Shown: positions 25,360 through 34,074, counted from the stretch's first letter. The stretch is DNA of 34,481 bases from an uncultured Pseudobdellovibrionaceae bacterium (GCA_964388755.1 CAYMBT010000001.1:1-34481), one strand, 5' to 3'. Program-made: numbers and translations. Notes: generated by a model not told the origin, from the sequence alone.

Positions 25360-27327
25360 TCACGATATATAGATATCTTCTTTGGGGACTTTCCAATTAT
25401 TTCTTGATCGTGTTCTAAATAACAAAAGTATAAAAGCTAACGGTCCAACACGGCCTAGCAACATACAAAAAGCAACTATAATTTTACCAACTTCATCAAG
25501 TCCAGAAGTAGCACCTATAGATAAGCCTACTGTACCCAATGCAGAAACCACTTCAAAAAGAAGAGACGTCACTGGAATGTAGTGGGTTACACTTAACATA
25601 AAAAATGCAATTGAAGTTGTTAAGAACATGACAAAGAAAATCGCAAGAGTTCGGTAAATATTAGATGAAGAAATATGTCTATTAAAAATTCTGATATGAT
25701 TTTCACCCCGAACACCTGCTAGAGCTCCAGCAAGAATAACGGCAAAGGTTATGGTTTTAATACCGCCAGCTGTTCCACCAGGATTGCCACCAATAAACAT
25801 CAAAAACATCAAAAAATAAGGTGTGAGTGGTGCTAATTGAGTAAAATCAACACTATTAAAACCTGCCGTTCTGGTCGTCACCGACTGAAACCATGAGTTT
25901 AAAATTTTATCTAAAAGTCTAAGCTCACTCAGTGAGTAATTCCATTCGACAATCATAAATAAGAAAAATCCAAAAGCCAGTAGGCCTGAAGAAACACTGA
26001 GAACCAATTTTTCTTGTAAACTTAATTTTTTGTGCCAAATCTTTTGAGGTAAATTGATAGCCATTAGTGGAGCAAATCCACCGGCTATAATCAAAACTGA
26101 AACCGTGATTAAAATGAGGACATCCGATTGGTAAGGGATCAGACTATCACTTTGCAGCGCAAAACCAGCGTTACAAAATGCTGAGATTGAAGTAAAGAGT
26201 GCACGCCAAAACGCCTGCTTGTAATTGAGGTCATAGTTGAGAAAAGATAGAAATAAAATGAGAGTGCCAACGCACTCGAAAGTTATAAAATAGAAAAAGA
26301 TTCTTCTTAAAGTGGATTGTACACCAGCCAGTGAGGGCTTATGTCCGCTCATGGCTTTAAGGACTTGCTCTTGCTCGAGACTCATTCTTGTTGATTGAAA
26401 TCCAATTAAAACCCAAGAACTCATGGCCACAATTCCAAAACCCCCAAGCTGTATAAGCACAAGAATAACAGATTGACCAAAAACACTAAAATCTACTGGC
26501 GTATCCAGTACAATCAATCCGGTCACACAAACAGCACTCAATGCAGTGAACAAAGCATCTAAGGTTGAAATCGGATTCTGTCCGCTTTGACTCACTGGAA
26601 GCAACAAAAACAAAGCACCAACAACAGAGAAAAATATAAAGTATGAAAATAGAGTGGCTTCAGGAAATTTAAAAAGTTGGGCAATGATGTTTGAATTCTT
26701 GGTTTCTTTAAATCGAATGATTATGATCAAAGATAAGATAGAAATTGTAACAAACCAAATATCAGTGACTACTAAAAGCACCTTCAACTCATCTAAAAAT
26801 AAGAGAATAAGACTTGATAAAGCGATGACCAGGCTCGCTATAACTCTTGATGTGTTTATGATGTTTGCTTTAAATCCAACAATATAGACTACTGATGCAA
26901 AAGATAAGTTGGCCGCAAGCAGAGTCATTGGAAGACTGAGATACATTTCTAATTTCAAAAACAGAAAAAGTGTTGCTGAAATAAAATAGGGCCATAAAAC
27001 AGAGTAAGATGATAATTCAGTTTCAGTGAGATGACTCGATCTCACTTTAAAAAAAGTAACAATATAGATCGAAGAGAGAATAATACCTAAAGAGGGATTG
27101 AGATAAAGTTTGTTGATCAGAAATAAAAAAAGAACTGTAAATAAAATGAGAAAAACATTTCCCGTCCGGCGGCCATCTATCTTCAATGACGAAAAGAAGG
27201 TCAATACAGCTATCACTGACAAAGAACTGAATTCTGGAAGAATAGAATTTAAGTCAATCCAATGGTTATTTGCAGAACTATAAAGAAGAAGGCTCAGTGG
27301 TATAAATTGAAAAATATGAATGAGCAT
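25360..27327 (-). CDS. trkH: TrkH/KtrB family cation transporter with a long extra N-terminal membrane domain
   Basis: 655 aa. The four pore-loop glycine motifs are SAVCVTGL, SAFCNAGF, TTRTAGF and LGTVGLS. The canonical domain begins near residue 205-220 (FPEATLFSYFIFFSVVGALFLLLP). The preceding ~200 aa are about 8 additional hydrophobic helices. Confidence 0.9.
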   Translation of the reverse strand: MLIHIFQFIPLSLLLYSSANNHWIDLNSILPEFSSLSVIAVLTFFSSLKIDGRRTGNVFLILFTVLFLFLINKLYLNPSLGIILSSIYIVTFFKVRSSHLTETELSSYSVLWPYFISATLFLFLKLEMYLSLPMTLLAANLSFASVVYIVGFKANIINTSRVIASLVIALSSLILLFLDELKVLLVVTDIWFVTISILSLIIIIRFKETKNSNIIAQLFKFPEATLFSYFIFFSVVGALFLLLPVSQSGQNPISTLDALFTALSAVCVTGLIVLDTPVDFSVFGQSVILVLIQLGGFGIVAMSSWVLIGFQSTRMSLEQEQVLKAMSGHKPSLAGVQSTLRRIFFYFITFECVGTLILFLSFLNYDLNYKQAFWRALFTSISAFCNAGFALQSDSLIPYQSDVLILITVSVLIIAGGFAPLMAINLPQKIWHKKLSLQEKLVLSVSSGLLAFGFFLFMIVEWNYSLSELRLLDKILNSWFQSVTTRTAGFNSVDFTQLAPLTPYFLMFLMFIGGNPGGTAGGIKTITFAVILAGALAGVRGENHIRIFNRHISSSNIYRTLAIFFVMFLTTSIAFFMLSVTHYIPVTSLLFEVVSALGTVGLSIGATSGLDEVGKIIVAFCMLLGRVGPLAFILLLFRTRSRNNWKVPKEDIYIS

Positions 27328-27416
27328 AGCTAAAAAGAGTAATCCCCTTACCCAACAGAATCAATTCAAAGAGCATCAGCCTTACTTGTAAAACCAACGA
27401 AAATCCCCAGCCCAAG

Positions 27417-27480
27417 CCAAATGCAAGCGCCAGCGAGCGAAGCCCCCAAAAAGACCAAAATGCGAGCGCCAGCGAGCGAA
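27417..27480. repeat. Two GC-rich 25/26-nt direct repeats, 38-39 nt apart
   Basis: ccaaatgcaagcgccagcgagcgaa (27417-27441) and ccaaaatgcgagcgccagcgagcgaa (27455-27480). Each contains two GC(A/G)AGCG heptamers. They lie between tRNA-Gly and the trkH start. Confidence 0.85.
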
Positions 27481-27535
27481 TCAATAGGACGAACGAATGT
27501 GGGGAGTAAAACGATCACACTTCCACAGAGTGAAG

Positions 27536-27612
27536 TGGAGCGGGTGATGGGGCTCGAACCCACGACCTCAACCTTGGCAAGGTTGCGCTCTAGCCAACTG
27601 AGCTACACCCGC
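27536..27612 (-). tRNA. tRNA-Gly (anticodon GCC), CCA encoded
   Basis: The reverse complement GCGGGTGTAGCTCAGTTGGCTAGAGCGCAACCTTGCCAAGGTTGAGGTCGTGGGTTCGAGCCCCATCACCCGCTCCA folds as a 77-nt cloverleaf. It has a 7-bp acceptor stem, the anticodon loop TTGCCAA and the T-loop TTCGAGC. Confidence 0.95.
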
Positions 27613-27635
27613 AATTGAATGCGTTTCGAAAAACT

Positions 27636-27664
27636 AACCTAAAGAAATAAGGGAGGCAAGTCAA
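27636..27664 (-). promoter_or_regulatory. Possible sigma-70 promoter for tRNA-Gly
   Basis: On the minus strand: TTGACT, a 17-nt spacer, then TAGGTT, ending about 24 nt upstream of the mature tRNA 5' end. The -10 element is weak. Confidence 0.3.
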
Positions 27665-27696
27665 AAAGGTGGGACTTTAAATGCCCAATAATTCAT

Positions 27697-28698
27697 CTAA
27701 AGAGTGACCAGCCCCAGGCCCTCATAGACTTTTTTAAGGGTCTTCGAGGCAACAAGGGATGCTTTTTCGGCATTCTTTGCCATGATCGAGAGAAGGTGAT
27801 CCTGGTGGTTCATTAGATCAAAGTATTTATCCTGCACCGGCTTAAATGAATCGCACACCAGGTCAGCCAGCGCCACCTTAAAGTGACCGTACATTTTGCC
27901 ACTGAAATCGCTTTCAATTTGGGCCATGGTTTGACCGCTGAGGATGGAATAGATCACCATCAAGTTAGCCAGGCCCACCTTTTCTTTGGGATCATAGATC
28001 ACCTTGGCCTCAGGATCAGAATCAGTCATGGCTGACTTGATTTTTTTACTGATGGCTTTAGGCGTATCGATAATGGAGACATAATTTTTTTCGTTCTCGT
28101 CAGATTTTGACATTTTTTTTGTGGGATCTTGCAGAGACATGATTCGGGCTCCCACTTTAGCAATATAGGGCTCAGGAATTTTAAAGACCTCTTTGTATTT
28201 GCGATTAAAACTTTCTGCCAGATCTCGGGTCAATTCAAGATGCTGCTTTTGATCTTCACCCACAGGGACTAAATCTGTTCCGTAAAGAAGAATGTCGGCG
28301 GCCATAAGAACGGGGTATGAATATAGGCCGTTATTGATCTCTTTGGTTTTTTGCGACTTTTCTTTAAATTGGGTCATGCGGTTCAGTGCACCCATGGGGG
28401 TCATACAATTAAGCACCCAGCAAAGGGCGGCATGCTCTGGCACATGGGACTGCACAAAAATCACGTTCTTTTCAGGATCAAGGCCACAAGCTAAATACTG
28501 GGCAAAAAAACTAAGGGTTCTTTGTTTAAGCTCTTTAGGATCTTGATAAACAGTCAGCGAGTGAAGGTCAGCAACCATATAGAAACAGTTATATTCGTTT
28601 TGCAGCTTTGCCCAGTTGTTAATGGCACCAATATAGTTGCCTAGGGTCAGATCACCGGTTGTTGTACTTGCGCTGAGGATAGTTTTTTTTTCTTTCAT
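27697..28698 (-). CDS. trpS: Tryptophan--tRNA ligase
   Basis: 333 aa. It has the N-terminal class I signature region (TTGDLTLGNYIGAI), KMSKS (TKKMSKSD), and the GEDQKQHLELTRD motif typical of TrpRS. Confidence 0.95.
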   Translation of the reverse strand: MKEKKTILSASTTTGDLTLGNYIGAINNWAKLQNEYNCFYMVADLHSLTVYQDPKELKQRTLSFFAQYLACGLDPEKNVIFVQSHVPEHAALCWVLNCMTPMGALNRMTQFKEKSQKTKEINNGLYSYPVLMAADILLYGTDLVPVGEDQKQHLELTRDLAESFNRKYKEVFKIPEPYIAKVGARIMSLQDPTKKMSKSDENEKNYVSIIDTPKAISKKIKSAMTDSDPEAKVIYDPKEKVGLANLMVIYSILSGQTMAQIESDFSGKMYGHFKVALADLVCDSFKPVQDKYFDLMNHQDHLLSIMAKNAEKASLVASKTLKKVYEGLGLVTL

Positions 28699-28766
28699 TT
28701 TTATGTTTTAACCGAATCCCCAAAAATAAGCAAAAGACTTCAAACGCAGGGCTTATGACTGAAGAA

Positions 28767-30158
28767 TTATTCGGCTAAGGATAAAAAATGAAGCTCGCCA
28801 TCGGGCTGAGCGGGGTGGGAAATTTTAAGCCAAAAATGATTTTGATCGGTGGTAAGCCGCGCGTGCCATTTGTTTTTTGCAAAATCAAAAGGTTTCTCAA
28901 AAACATTTTTGATGGTCGCCTCTCCCCCATGATCAATTTTTACAAACTCTGAGATTCTTTGGTTGTCAAAGCGAAGGCCATAAAGGGCCTCTGTGTGAGA
29001 ATCATAGTGAAGAGAAATCAAAGAGTACCCCACTTTCTTAGCCAGCAGGCGCCACTTTTCAGTCACCACATTGTAAGACAAGATCTCTCCCCCACGGTCA
29101 TCGTTGTAAATATAGATTTCGCTTTTTAAGGGGTTAAAGGTCATTGAAAGTGGCCAATTCATCGATGGCAGATTCAATGGCATGTGCAAGGGGGTAAATT
29201 CTTTTTTATCGCTTTTCCAAAGGCCAAACTGATGGCGATTAATGATAAATACTTTTTGGCTGGCTGATTCGTAGTAGGCTTCTCTGGTGGTGGCTGGCAC
29301 TTCCACTTCGATTTTTTCGCCGGCTTTTAAGAATTGAAAACTTTTGGCTTCGATCTGATTATCTTTTCTTTGCCACTTAAGACCAAGGCTGAGTTTACTG
29401 GGTTTTTGATCACTGCTGGGCTGACGATTTTCGCTGATGACCATAGGATTTTTTTCGAGAATGGCGGATTGAAAAGGCACACGCAATTCTCGTCCCACTT
29501 CTTTGCCTTGAAAGCTTGAGACTTCAAAGCCTGTGTATTCTTTAAGGGCGGCAAAGAGTCTACGAAAATCATTCTCTGGATTTTTAATCTCTTCCCAACC
29601 GACGGGGTAAGAGCAAATCTTTTCTTTACTAAAATAACTCAGCTTTACATTCTCAGGAAGTCCATTGACCATGACGACTTCTGGGCCAATCACTAAAACT
29701 TCTTTCAGTGGGCTTTTTTCAGACACATCCAAGTTCCAGGTCAACATACTTTGGCTCACAAGAGCTAAGGTGTAGCTTTTCTCAGAAGGCTTTAGTTTTA
29801 TATCAACAAAATGTCCGTACTCGACCTTACCGTCTTTACGCTGAGTGGGTTGTGTGGCTTTGACTGATAGAACATGAAGGTCTTCATCTTGATTGTTTTG
29901 ATTTTTCCAAAATGAATCCGGGCAATATTCATCAAGACAAGGTTTAAGATAAAGACTCTCACTTTCTGGCAGCTTCCAATAAGAGCCTTCGTCATTAAAA
30001 TCACTGCAAGTAAAAGCCACTTGAGCGCTATTATCTTTTAAACGTTTCTCGGCCTGGTAGAACATGCTTTTCAAAGCAATGACGATTCCCATTTGCATAC
30101 AAAGAAGAAAAATAAATAAATTAAATGACCAACGAAACCAGCGATCTGCATTTCCCAT
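28767..30158 (-). CDS. Hypothetical membrane-anchored protein
   Basis: 463 aa with one N-terminal TM (WSFNLFIFLLCMQMGIVIAL), a Cys-containing segment (CSDFND..CLDEYCPDSFW), and a beta-rich C-terminal half. I recognise no family. Confidence 0.7.
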   Translation of the reverse strand: MGNADRWFRWSFNLFIFLLCMQMGIVIALKSMFYQAEKRLKDNSAQVAFTCSDFNDEGSYWKLPESESLYLKPCLDEYCPDSFWKNQNNQDEDLHVLSVKATQPTQRKDGKVEYGHFVDIKLKPSEKSYTLALVSQSMLTWNLDVSEKSPLKEVLVIGPEVVMVNGLPENVKLSYFSKEKICSYPVGWEEIKNPENDFRRLFAALKEYTGFEVSSFQGKEVGRELRVPFQSAILEKNPMVISENRQPSSDQKPSKLSLGLKWQRKDNQIEAKSFQFLKAGEKIEVEVPATTREAYYESASQKVFIINRHQFGLWKSDKKEFTPLHMPLNLPSMNWPLSMTFNPLKSEIYIYNDDRGGEILSYNVVTEKWRLLAKKVGYSLISLHYDSHTEALYGLRFDNQRISEFVKIDHGGEATIKNVFEKPFDFAKNKWHARLTTDQNHFWLKISHPAQPDGELHFLSLAE

Positions 30159-30416
30159 TTATTGCTATCGGTACTTGGGTGTTTTTAGCTTAAACATATT
30201 TTTTTTGCTTACATATAAAGCAAGCTAAGGAAGTAAACATTCAACATAGGGCAAAAAAAACTGCTTTTTTACTGTACAAGTGTCCAGAAAAACGATGGCT
30301 TTTTACGCAAAATCAATGTCATAACTTTAAAAAAAATGAAATTCCTAGACTTGGGGAATTCCTATTTGACAGCACTGCCTTCGTCACACTACCGTCTTTA
30401 ACAGGGATACACATCA

Positions 30417-30432
30417 AGCCTAGATGTAGTAT
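30417..30432 (+). promoter_or_regulatory. NrdR box candidate 1
   Basis: The core of agcCTAGATGTAGtat matches all core positions of the published NrdR consensus acaCwAnAtnTwGtgt. Confidence 0.55.
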
Positions 30433-30447
30433 GTGTGTGTAAGATAA

Positions 30448-30463
30448 AAACTAGATTTAGTTG
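30448..30463 (+). promoter_or_regulatory. NrdR box candidate 2
   Basis: The core of aaaCTAGATTTAGttg again matches CwAnAtnTwG. Its centre is exactly 31 bp from box 1, the typical tandem NrdR-box spacing, and it lies about 140 nt upstream of nrdA. Confidence 0.55.
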
Positions 30464-30502
30464 ATTATCGACCAAAAACAGGTTTGTAATCACAAGCTAC
30501 GG

Positions 30503-30524
30503 GAAGACTTTAAGTCTTCTTTTT
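30503..30524 (+). terminator. Short terminator-like hairpin with a T-run inside the nrdA leader
   Basis: gaagact (30503-30509) pairs with agtcttc (30513-30519) across a 3-nt loop, followed by ttttt. It ends about 76 nt upstream of the nrdA ATG. The stem is short and AT-rich. Confidence 0.35.
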
Positions 30525-30600
30525 GTGTCTTATACACTTTAAAAACCATACTTTGATCGAGGCTTAAGACTAAACACGCCAATGGGGAGGGCTAGGAAAA

Positions 30601-32985
30601 ATGGAAGCAATGCCAGTAACTGCAGAAAGCCAACAAAAAGAAAACAAGACTCAAACAGAACACTTGATGAGAGTGCGCAAACGCGACGGAAGTTTACAAC
30701 CCGTCGACGTAACAAAAATCGTTAAGCGCGTCACAGAATGTTCAGAAGACCTCAGAGACATTGATCCTCACCGCGTTGCGATCAAATCGATCAGTGGTCT
30801 TTATGATGGAGCCTCAACGAAAGAGCTTGATAACTTAAGCATTCAAACAGCCGCAATGCTGATTGGCGAAGAGCCACAGTATTCTCTTTTAGCGAGCCGT
30901 CTCTTGAGCATGTACATCGAAGAAGAAGTAAAAAATTGTGGAGTGAATTCTTTTAGTGAATCCGTCCAATACGGTGCAAGCCACGGTCTAATTGCAAAAC
31001 CCACTCTTGATTTTGTTTTGGCCCATAAAGATGTGCTTGAAGCTGAAATCCGTAACCGTCGTAACGAAAAGTTTCAATACTTTGGTTTACGCACAGTTTA
31101 TGACCGTTATCTTTTAAAAGATCCCCAAACACGGGATGTTTTTGAATCGCCCCAATACTTTTTTATGCGCGTGGCTTGTGGTCTTGCTAAAAATCCAGAC
31201 GAAGCCATCGAGCTTTACAAAATCACTTCCAATCTTGATTATCTTCCAAGTACTCCGACCCTTTTTAACTCTGGGACACTTCATCCACAAATGTCGTCTT
31301 GTTATTTGCTCGACTCACCTACGGATGATTTAAGATCGATCTACGATAAATATAAAGATATCGCCCTTCTTTCGAAGTTTGCTGGTGGTATTGGGGTGGC
31401 GTTTCACCGAGTCAGATCCAGAGGCTCTTTGATTAAAGGAACCAACGGTCACTCTAATGGTATCGTGCCTTGGCTTAAAACACTGGATTCATCGGTCGCT
31501 GCCGTTAATCAAGGTGGAAAGCGTAAAGGGGCCTGCTGCGTCTATTTAGAGTCATGGCATGCAGACATCGAAGAGTTTTTAGAGCTGCGTGATAACACCG
31601 GTGATGAAGCCAAAAGAACCCATAACCTTAATCTGGCCAACTGGGTTCCTGATTTATTTATGAAAAGGGTTGAAGCCAATTCTTATTGGTCACTTTTTGA
31701 TCCCAAAGAACTTCCAGAACTGACAGACACCTATGGTCCTGAGTTTGAAGCCATTTACCTTAAGGCTGAGAGCGAAAAACGCTACATCAAACAAGTTCAA
31801 GCTCAAGAGCTTTACTCGCGCATGATGAAAACTCTGGCTCAAACTGGTAATGGTTGGATGACTTTTAAAGATCACGCCAATCTTAAAAGTAACCAAACTA
31901 AATTAAAAGGTAATGTGATTCATCTTTCAAACCTCTGTACCGAGATTTTAGAGATCACAAACTCCCAAGAAACGGCAGTGTGTAACTTAGGTTCAATTAA
32001 TCTTTCCCATCATGTGGGCGAGCACGGTGTGGATTACAGAAAGATTCGTGAAACTGTAAAGACTGCTGTGAAATTTTTAGACCGAGTTGTTGATATTAAC
32101 TTTTACCCTATCGATACTGCGCGCGACTCTAATTATAAGTGGCGTCCAGTGGGCCTTGGTGCCATGGGTTTACAAGATGTTTTCTTTAAGCTTGGCCTTC
32201 CTTTTGATAGCGAAGAAGCCAAAAAAATCTCTAAAAATATTCAAGAAGAGATTTATTTTGCTGCAGTTCAAACCAGCTGTGATCTTGCTAAAGAATTAGG
32301 AGCTCACGCCAACTTCGCAGAAACTAGAGCGGCCGAAGGACTTTTACAGTTTGATCTTTGGGGTGTTGAACCTGAAAACAAAGAGCGTTGGGATACACTT
32401 AAAAAAGAGATCAAAAAACATGGCCTTAGAAACTCTTTGATCATTGCCATTGCACCAACAGCGACTATTGCCAGCATCACTGGTTGTTGCGAAGCCATTG
32501 AGCCCCAGGTTTCAAATCTTTTTAAGCGTGAAACTTTGTCGGGTGAATTTTTACAGATCAATCAATATCTTGTGAAAGATCTTAAAAAGATTGGTCTCTG
32601 GACTCAAGACGTTCGTGATCAAATTAAGGTGAACGAAGGCTCGATCCAAAATATCAGCGAGATTCCAGAGACTCTGAGACAGGTTTATAGAACCGCCTGG
32701 GAGATCCCGATGAAATCTTTGATTGATATGGGTGCTGACCGCGGAGCCTTTATTGATCAAAGCCAGTCGCTGAATTTATTTATGGAAAGCCCTAGCATTG
32801 GCAAACTTTCTTCCATGTATATGTATGCTTGGAAAAAGGGAGTCAAAACGACTTATTATCTACGAAGTCGTCCGGCCACACGTATTAACAAAACAACCAT
32901 TACAGCTAAGAAAAAAGAATTCACTGACACCGAAGCCGTCGCTTGCTCTCTGGAAAATCCAGATGCTTGCGAAGCTTGTCAATAA
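30601..32985 (+). CDS. nrdA: Ribonucleoside-diphosphate reductase alpha subunit (class I) with an N-terminal ATP-cone
   Basis: 794 aa. ATP-cone VRKRDGSLQPVDVTKIVKRV, active-site regions SSCYLL and SNLCTEI, and the C-terminal Cys pair CSLENPDACEAC. GGGGAGGG SD upstream. Confidence 0.96.
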   Translation: MEAMPVTAESQQKENKTQTEHLMRVRKRDGSLQPVDVTKIVKRVTECSEDLRDIDPHRVAIKSISGLYDGASTKELDNLSIQTAAMLIGEEPQYSLLASRLLSMYIEEEVKNCGVNSFSESVQYGASHGLIAKPTLDFVLAHKDVLEAEIRNRRNEKFQYFGLRTVYDRYLLKDPQTRDVFESPQYFFMRVACGLAKNPDEAIELYKITSNLDYLPSTPTLFNSGTLHPQMSSCYLLDSPTDDLRSIYDKYKDIALLSKFAGGIGVAFHRVRSRGSLIKGTNGHSNGIVPWLKTLDSSVAAVNQGGKRKGACCVYLESWHADIEEFLELRDNTGDEAKRTHNLNLANWVPDLFMKRVEANSYWSLFDPKELPELTDTYGPEFEAIYLKAESEKRYIKQVQAQELYSRMMKTLAQTGNGWMTFKDHANLKSNQTKLKGNVIHLSNLCTEILEITNSQETAVCNLGSINLSHHVGEHGVDYRKIRETVKTAVKFLDRVVDINFYPIDTARDSNYKWRPVGLGAMGLQDVFFKLGLPFDSEEAKKISKNIQEEIYFAAVQTSCDLAKELGAHANFAETRAAEGLLQFDLWGVEPENKERWDTLKKEIKKHGLRNSLIIAIAPTATIASITGCCEAIEPQVSNLFKRETLSGEFLQINQYLVKDLKKIGLWTQDVRDQIKVNEGSIQNISEIPETLRQVYRTAWEIPMKSLIDMGADRGAFIDQSQSLNLFMESPSIGKLSSMYMYAWKKGVKTTYYLRSRPATRINKTTITAKKKEFTDTEAVACSLENPDACEACQ

Positions 32986-33014
32986 TTCTTCAACCAGAAA
33001 GGACGACACGCACC

Positions 33015-34013
33015 ATGATACTAGATCCTGGATTTAATCTGACCCTGCGACCCATGCAATACCCTGTCTTTTTTGAAATGTATAAAGACGCTATTAAAAA
33101 CACATGGACTGTGGACGAAGTTGATTTTTCAAAAGATGTGAATGATCTGACAAAAAAAATGACTCCGGCTGAACGCCATCTCATCAACCGTTTGGTGGCT
33201 TTTTTTGCCACCGGTGATTCGATTGTTGGCAATAACCTGGTTCTTAATCTTTATAAGCATGTGAACTCCCCTGAGGCTCGCCTTTATTTATCGCGCCAGC
33301 TTTTTGAAGAGGCTCTGCACGTGCAATTTTATCTGACTTTGCTTGATACCTATATCCCCGATCATAACGAGAGGGCCCAAGCATTTTCAGCGATCGACAA
33401 TATTCCATCCCTTCGTAAAAAAGCTGACTTCTGTTTTAAATGGATTGATTCCATCAACACCCTTGACCGAATCAATACTGTCGAAGACCGCCGTAAGTTT
33501 TTAATGAACATGATTTGTTTTGCCACTTGTATCGAAGGCCTTTTCTTTTTTGGTGCTTTTGCCTATGTTTATTATCTTCGTTCTAAAGGGCTTCTTGATG
33601 GCCTAGCGAGCGGAACCAATTGGGTCTTTAGAGATGAGTCAGCCCACATCAACTTTGCATTAGAAGTTGTAGAAACGGCCCGCAGAGAAGATCCAGAAAT
33701 CTTTACTCCGCAAATGAATGACATGGTGACTCTTATGATCGAAGAAGCTGTGGATTGCGAGATGGCTTTCGCCCAAGACGTCCTTGAACAGGGCATCGCA
33801 GGTCTTTCTATGAAAGACATGCGCACCTACCTTGAGTTCGTTGCCGATCAAAGACTTGAGGCTTTAAGCATTCCAAAAAGATTTAATGTTAAAAACCCAT
33901 TTTCTTTTATGGAACTGCAAGACGTGCAAGAACTCACCAACTTCTTTGAGCGCAAAGTTTCGGCTTATCAAGTGGGTGTTTCTGGAGACGTGGCTTTTGA
34001 TGAAAGTTTTTAA
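33015..34013 (+). CDS. nrdB: Ribonucleoside-diphosphate reductase beta subunit (di-iron/tyrosyl radical type)
   Basis: ATG 33015 (MILDPGFNLTLRPMQYP) has AAAGGA upstream; the ORF-track start at 32943 would overlap nrdA. Metal ligands FFATGDS, EEALHVQFY (Tyr four residues after His, as in class Ia), CIEGLFFF and RDESAHINF. Confidence 0.95.
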   Translation: MILDPGFNLTLRPMQYPVFFEMYKDAIKNTWTVDEVDFSKDVNDLTKKMTPAERHLINRLVAFFATGDSIVGNNLVLNLYKHVNSPEARLYLSRQLFEEALHVQFYLTLLDTYIPDHNERAQAFSAIDNIPSLRKKADFCFKWIDSINTLDRINTVEDRRKFLMNMICFATCIEGLFFFGAFAYVYYLRSKGLLDGLASGTNWVFRDESAHINFALEVVETARREDPEIFTPQMNDMVTLMIEEAVDCEMAFAQDVLEQGIAGLSMKDMRTYLEFVADQRLEALSIPKRFNVKNPFSFMELQDVQELTNFFERKVSAYQVGVSGDVAFDESF

Positions 34014-34040
34014 TTAAAAAATAGCGATCCATTCAAAAAT

Positions 34041-34074
34041 AAAAAAGCCTACTTTTTTAAAGTAGGCTTTTTTT
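34041..34074. terminator. Bidirectional rho-independent terminator
   Basis: The agcctact / agtaggct stem is flanked by an A-run upstream and a T-run downstream. It sits between convergent nrdB and the ORF at 34099-34470. Confidence 0.8.

Noticed and set aside
27328-27535. A c-di-AMP (ydaO-yuaA) riboswitch in the trkH leader, since that class controls ktr genes elsewhere.
   Set aside because: I could not recognise the conserved purine-rich cores of that class by eye. Only a covariance-model scan could settle it, so I make no claim.
27278-27563. Hydrophobic ORFs (68 aa and 65 aa, minus strand) with repeated SLALAF / SLAGA peptides upstream of trkH. They could be mistaken for a KdpF-like leader peptide.
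   Set aside because: They are translations of the GC-rich direct repeats. They start at non-ATG codons without an SD. One overlaps the tRNA-Gly gene and the other overlaps trkH out of frame.
27536-27700. A genomic island or integrase associated with tRNA-Gly.
   Set aside because: No integrase, transposase or phage gene flanks the tRNA. Neither side shows a duplicated tRNA 3' end, and both neighbours (trpS, trkH) are ordinary chromosomal genes.
30159-30600. A cobalamin riboswitch upstream of nrdAB.
   Set aside because: No B12-box-like sequence is visible, and tandem NrdR boxes explain the regulation more simply.
32943-33014. The long N-terminal extension of nrdB given by the ORF track (start 32943).
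   Set aside because: It would overlap the end of nrdA by 43 nt. ATG 33015 has an SD and gives the normal NrdB N-terminus.
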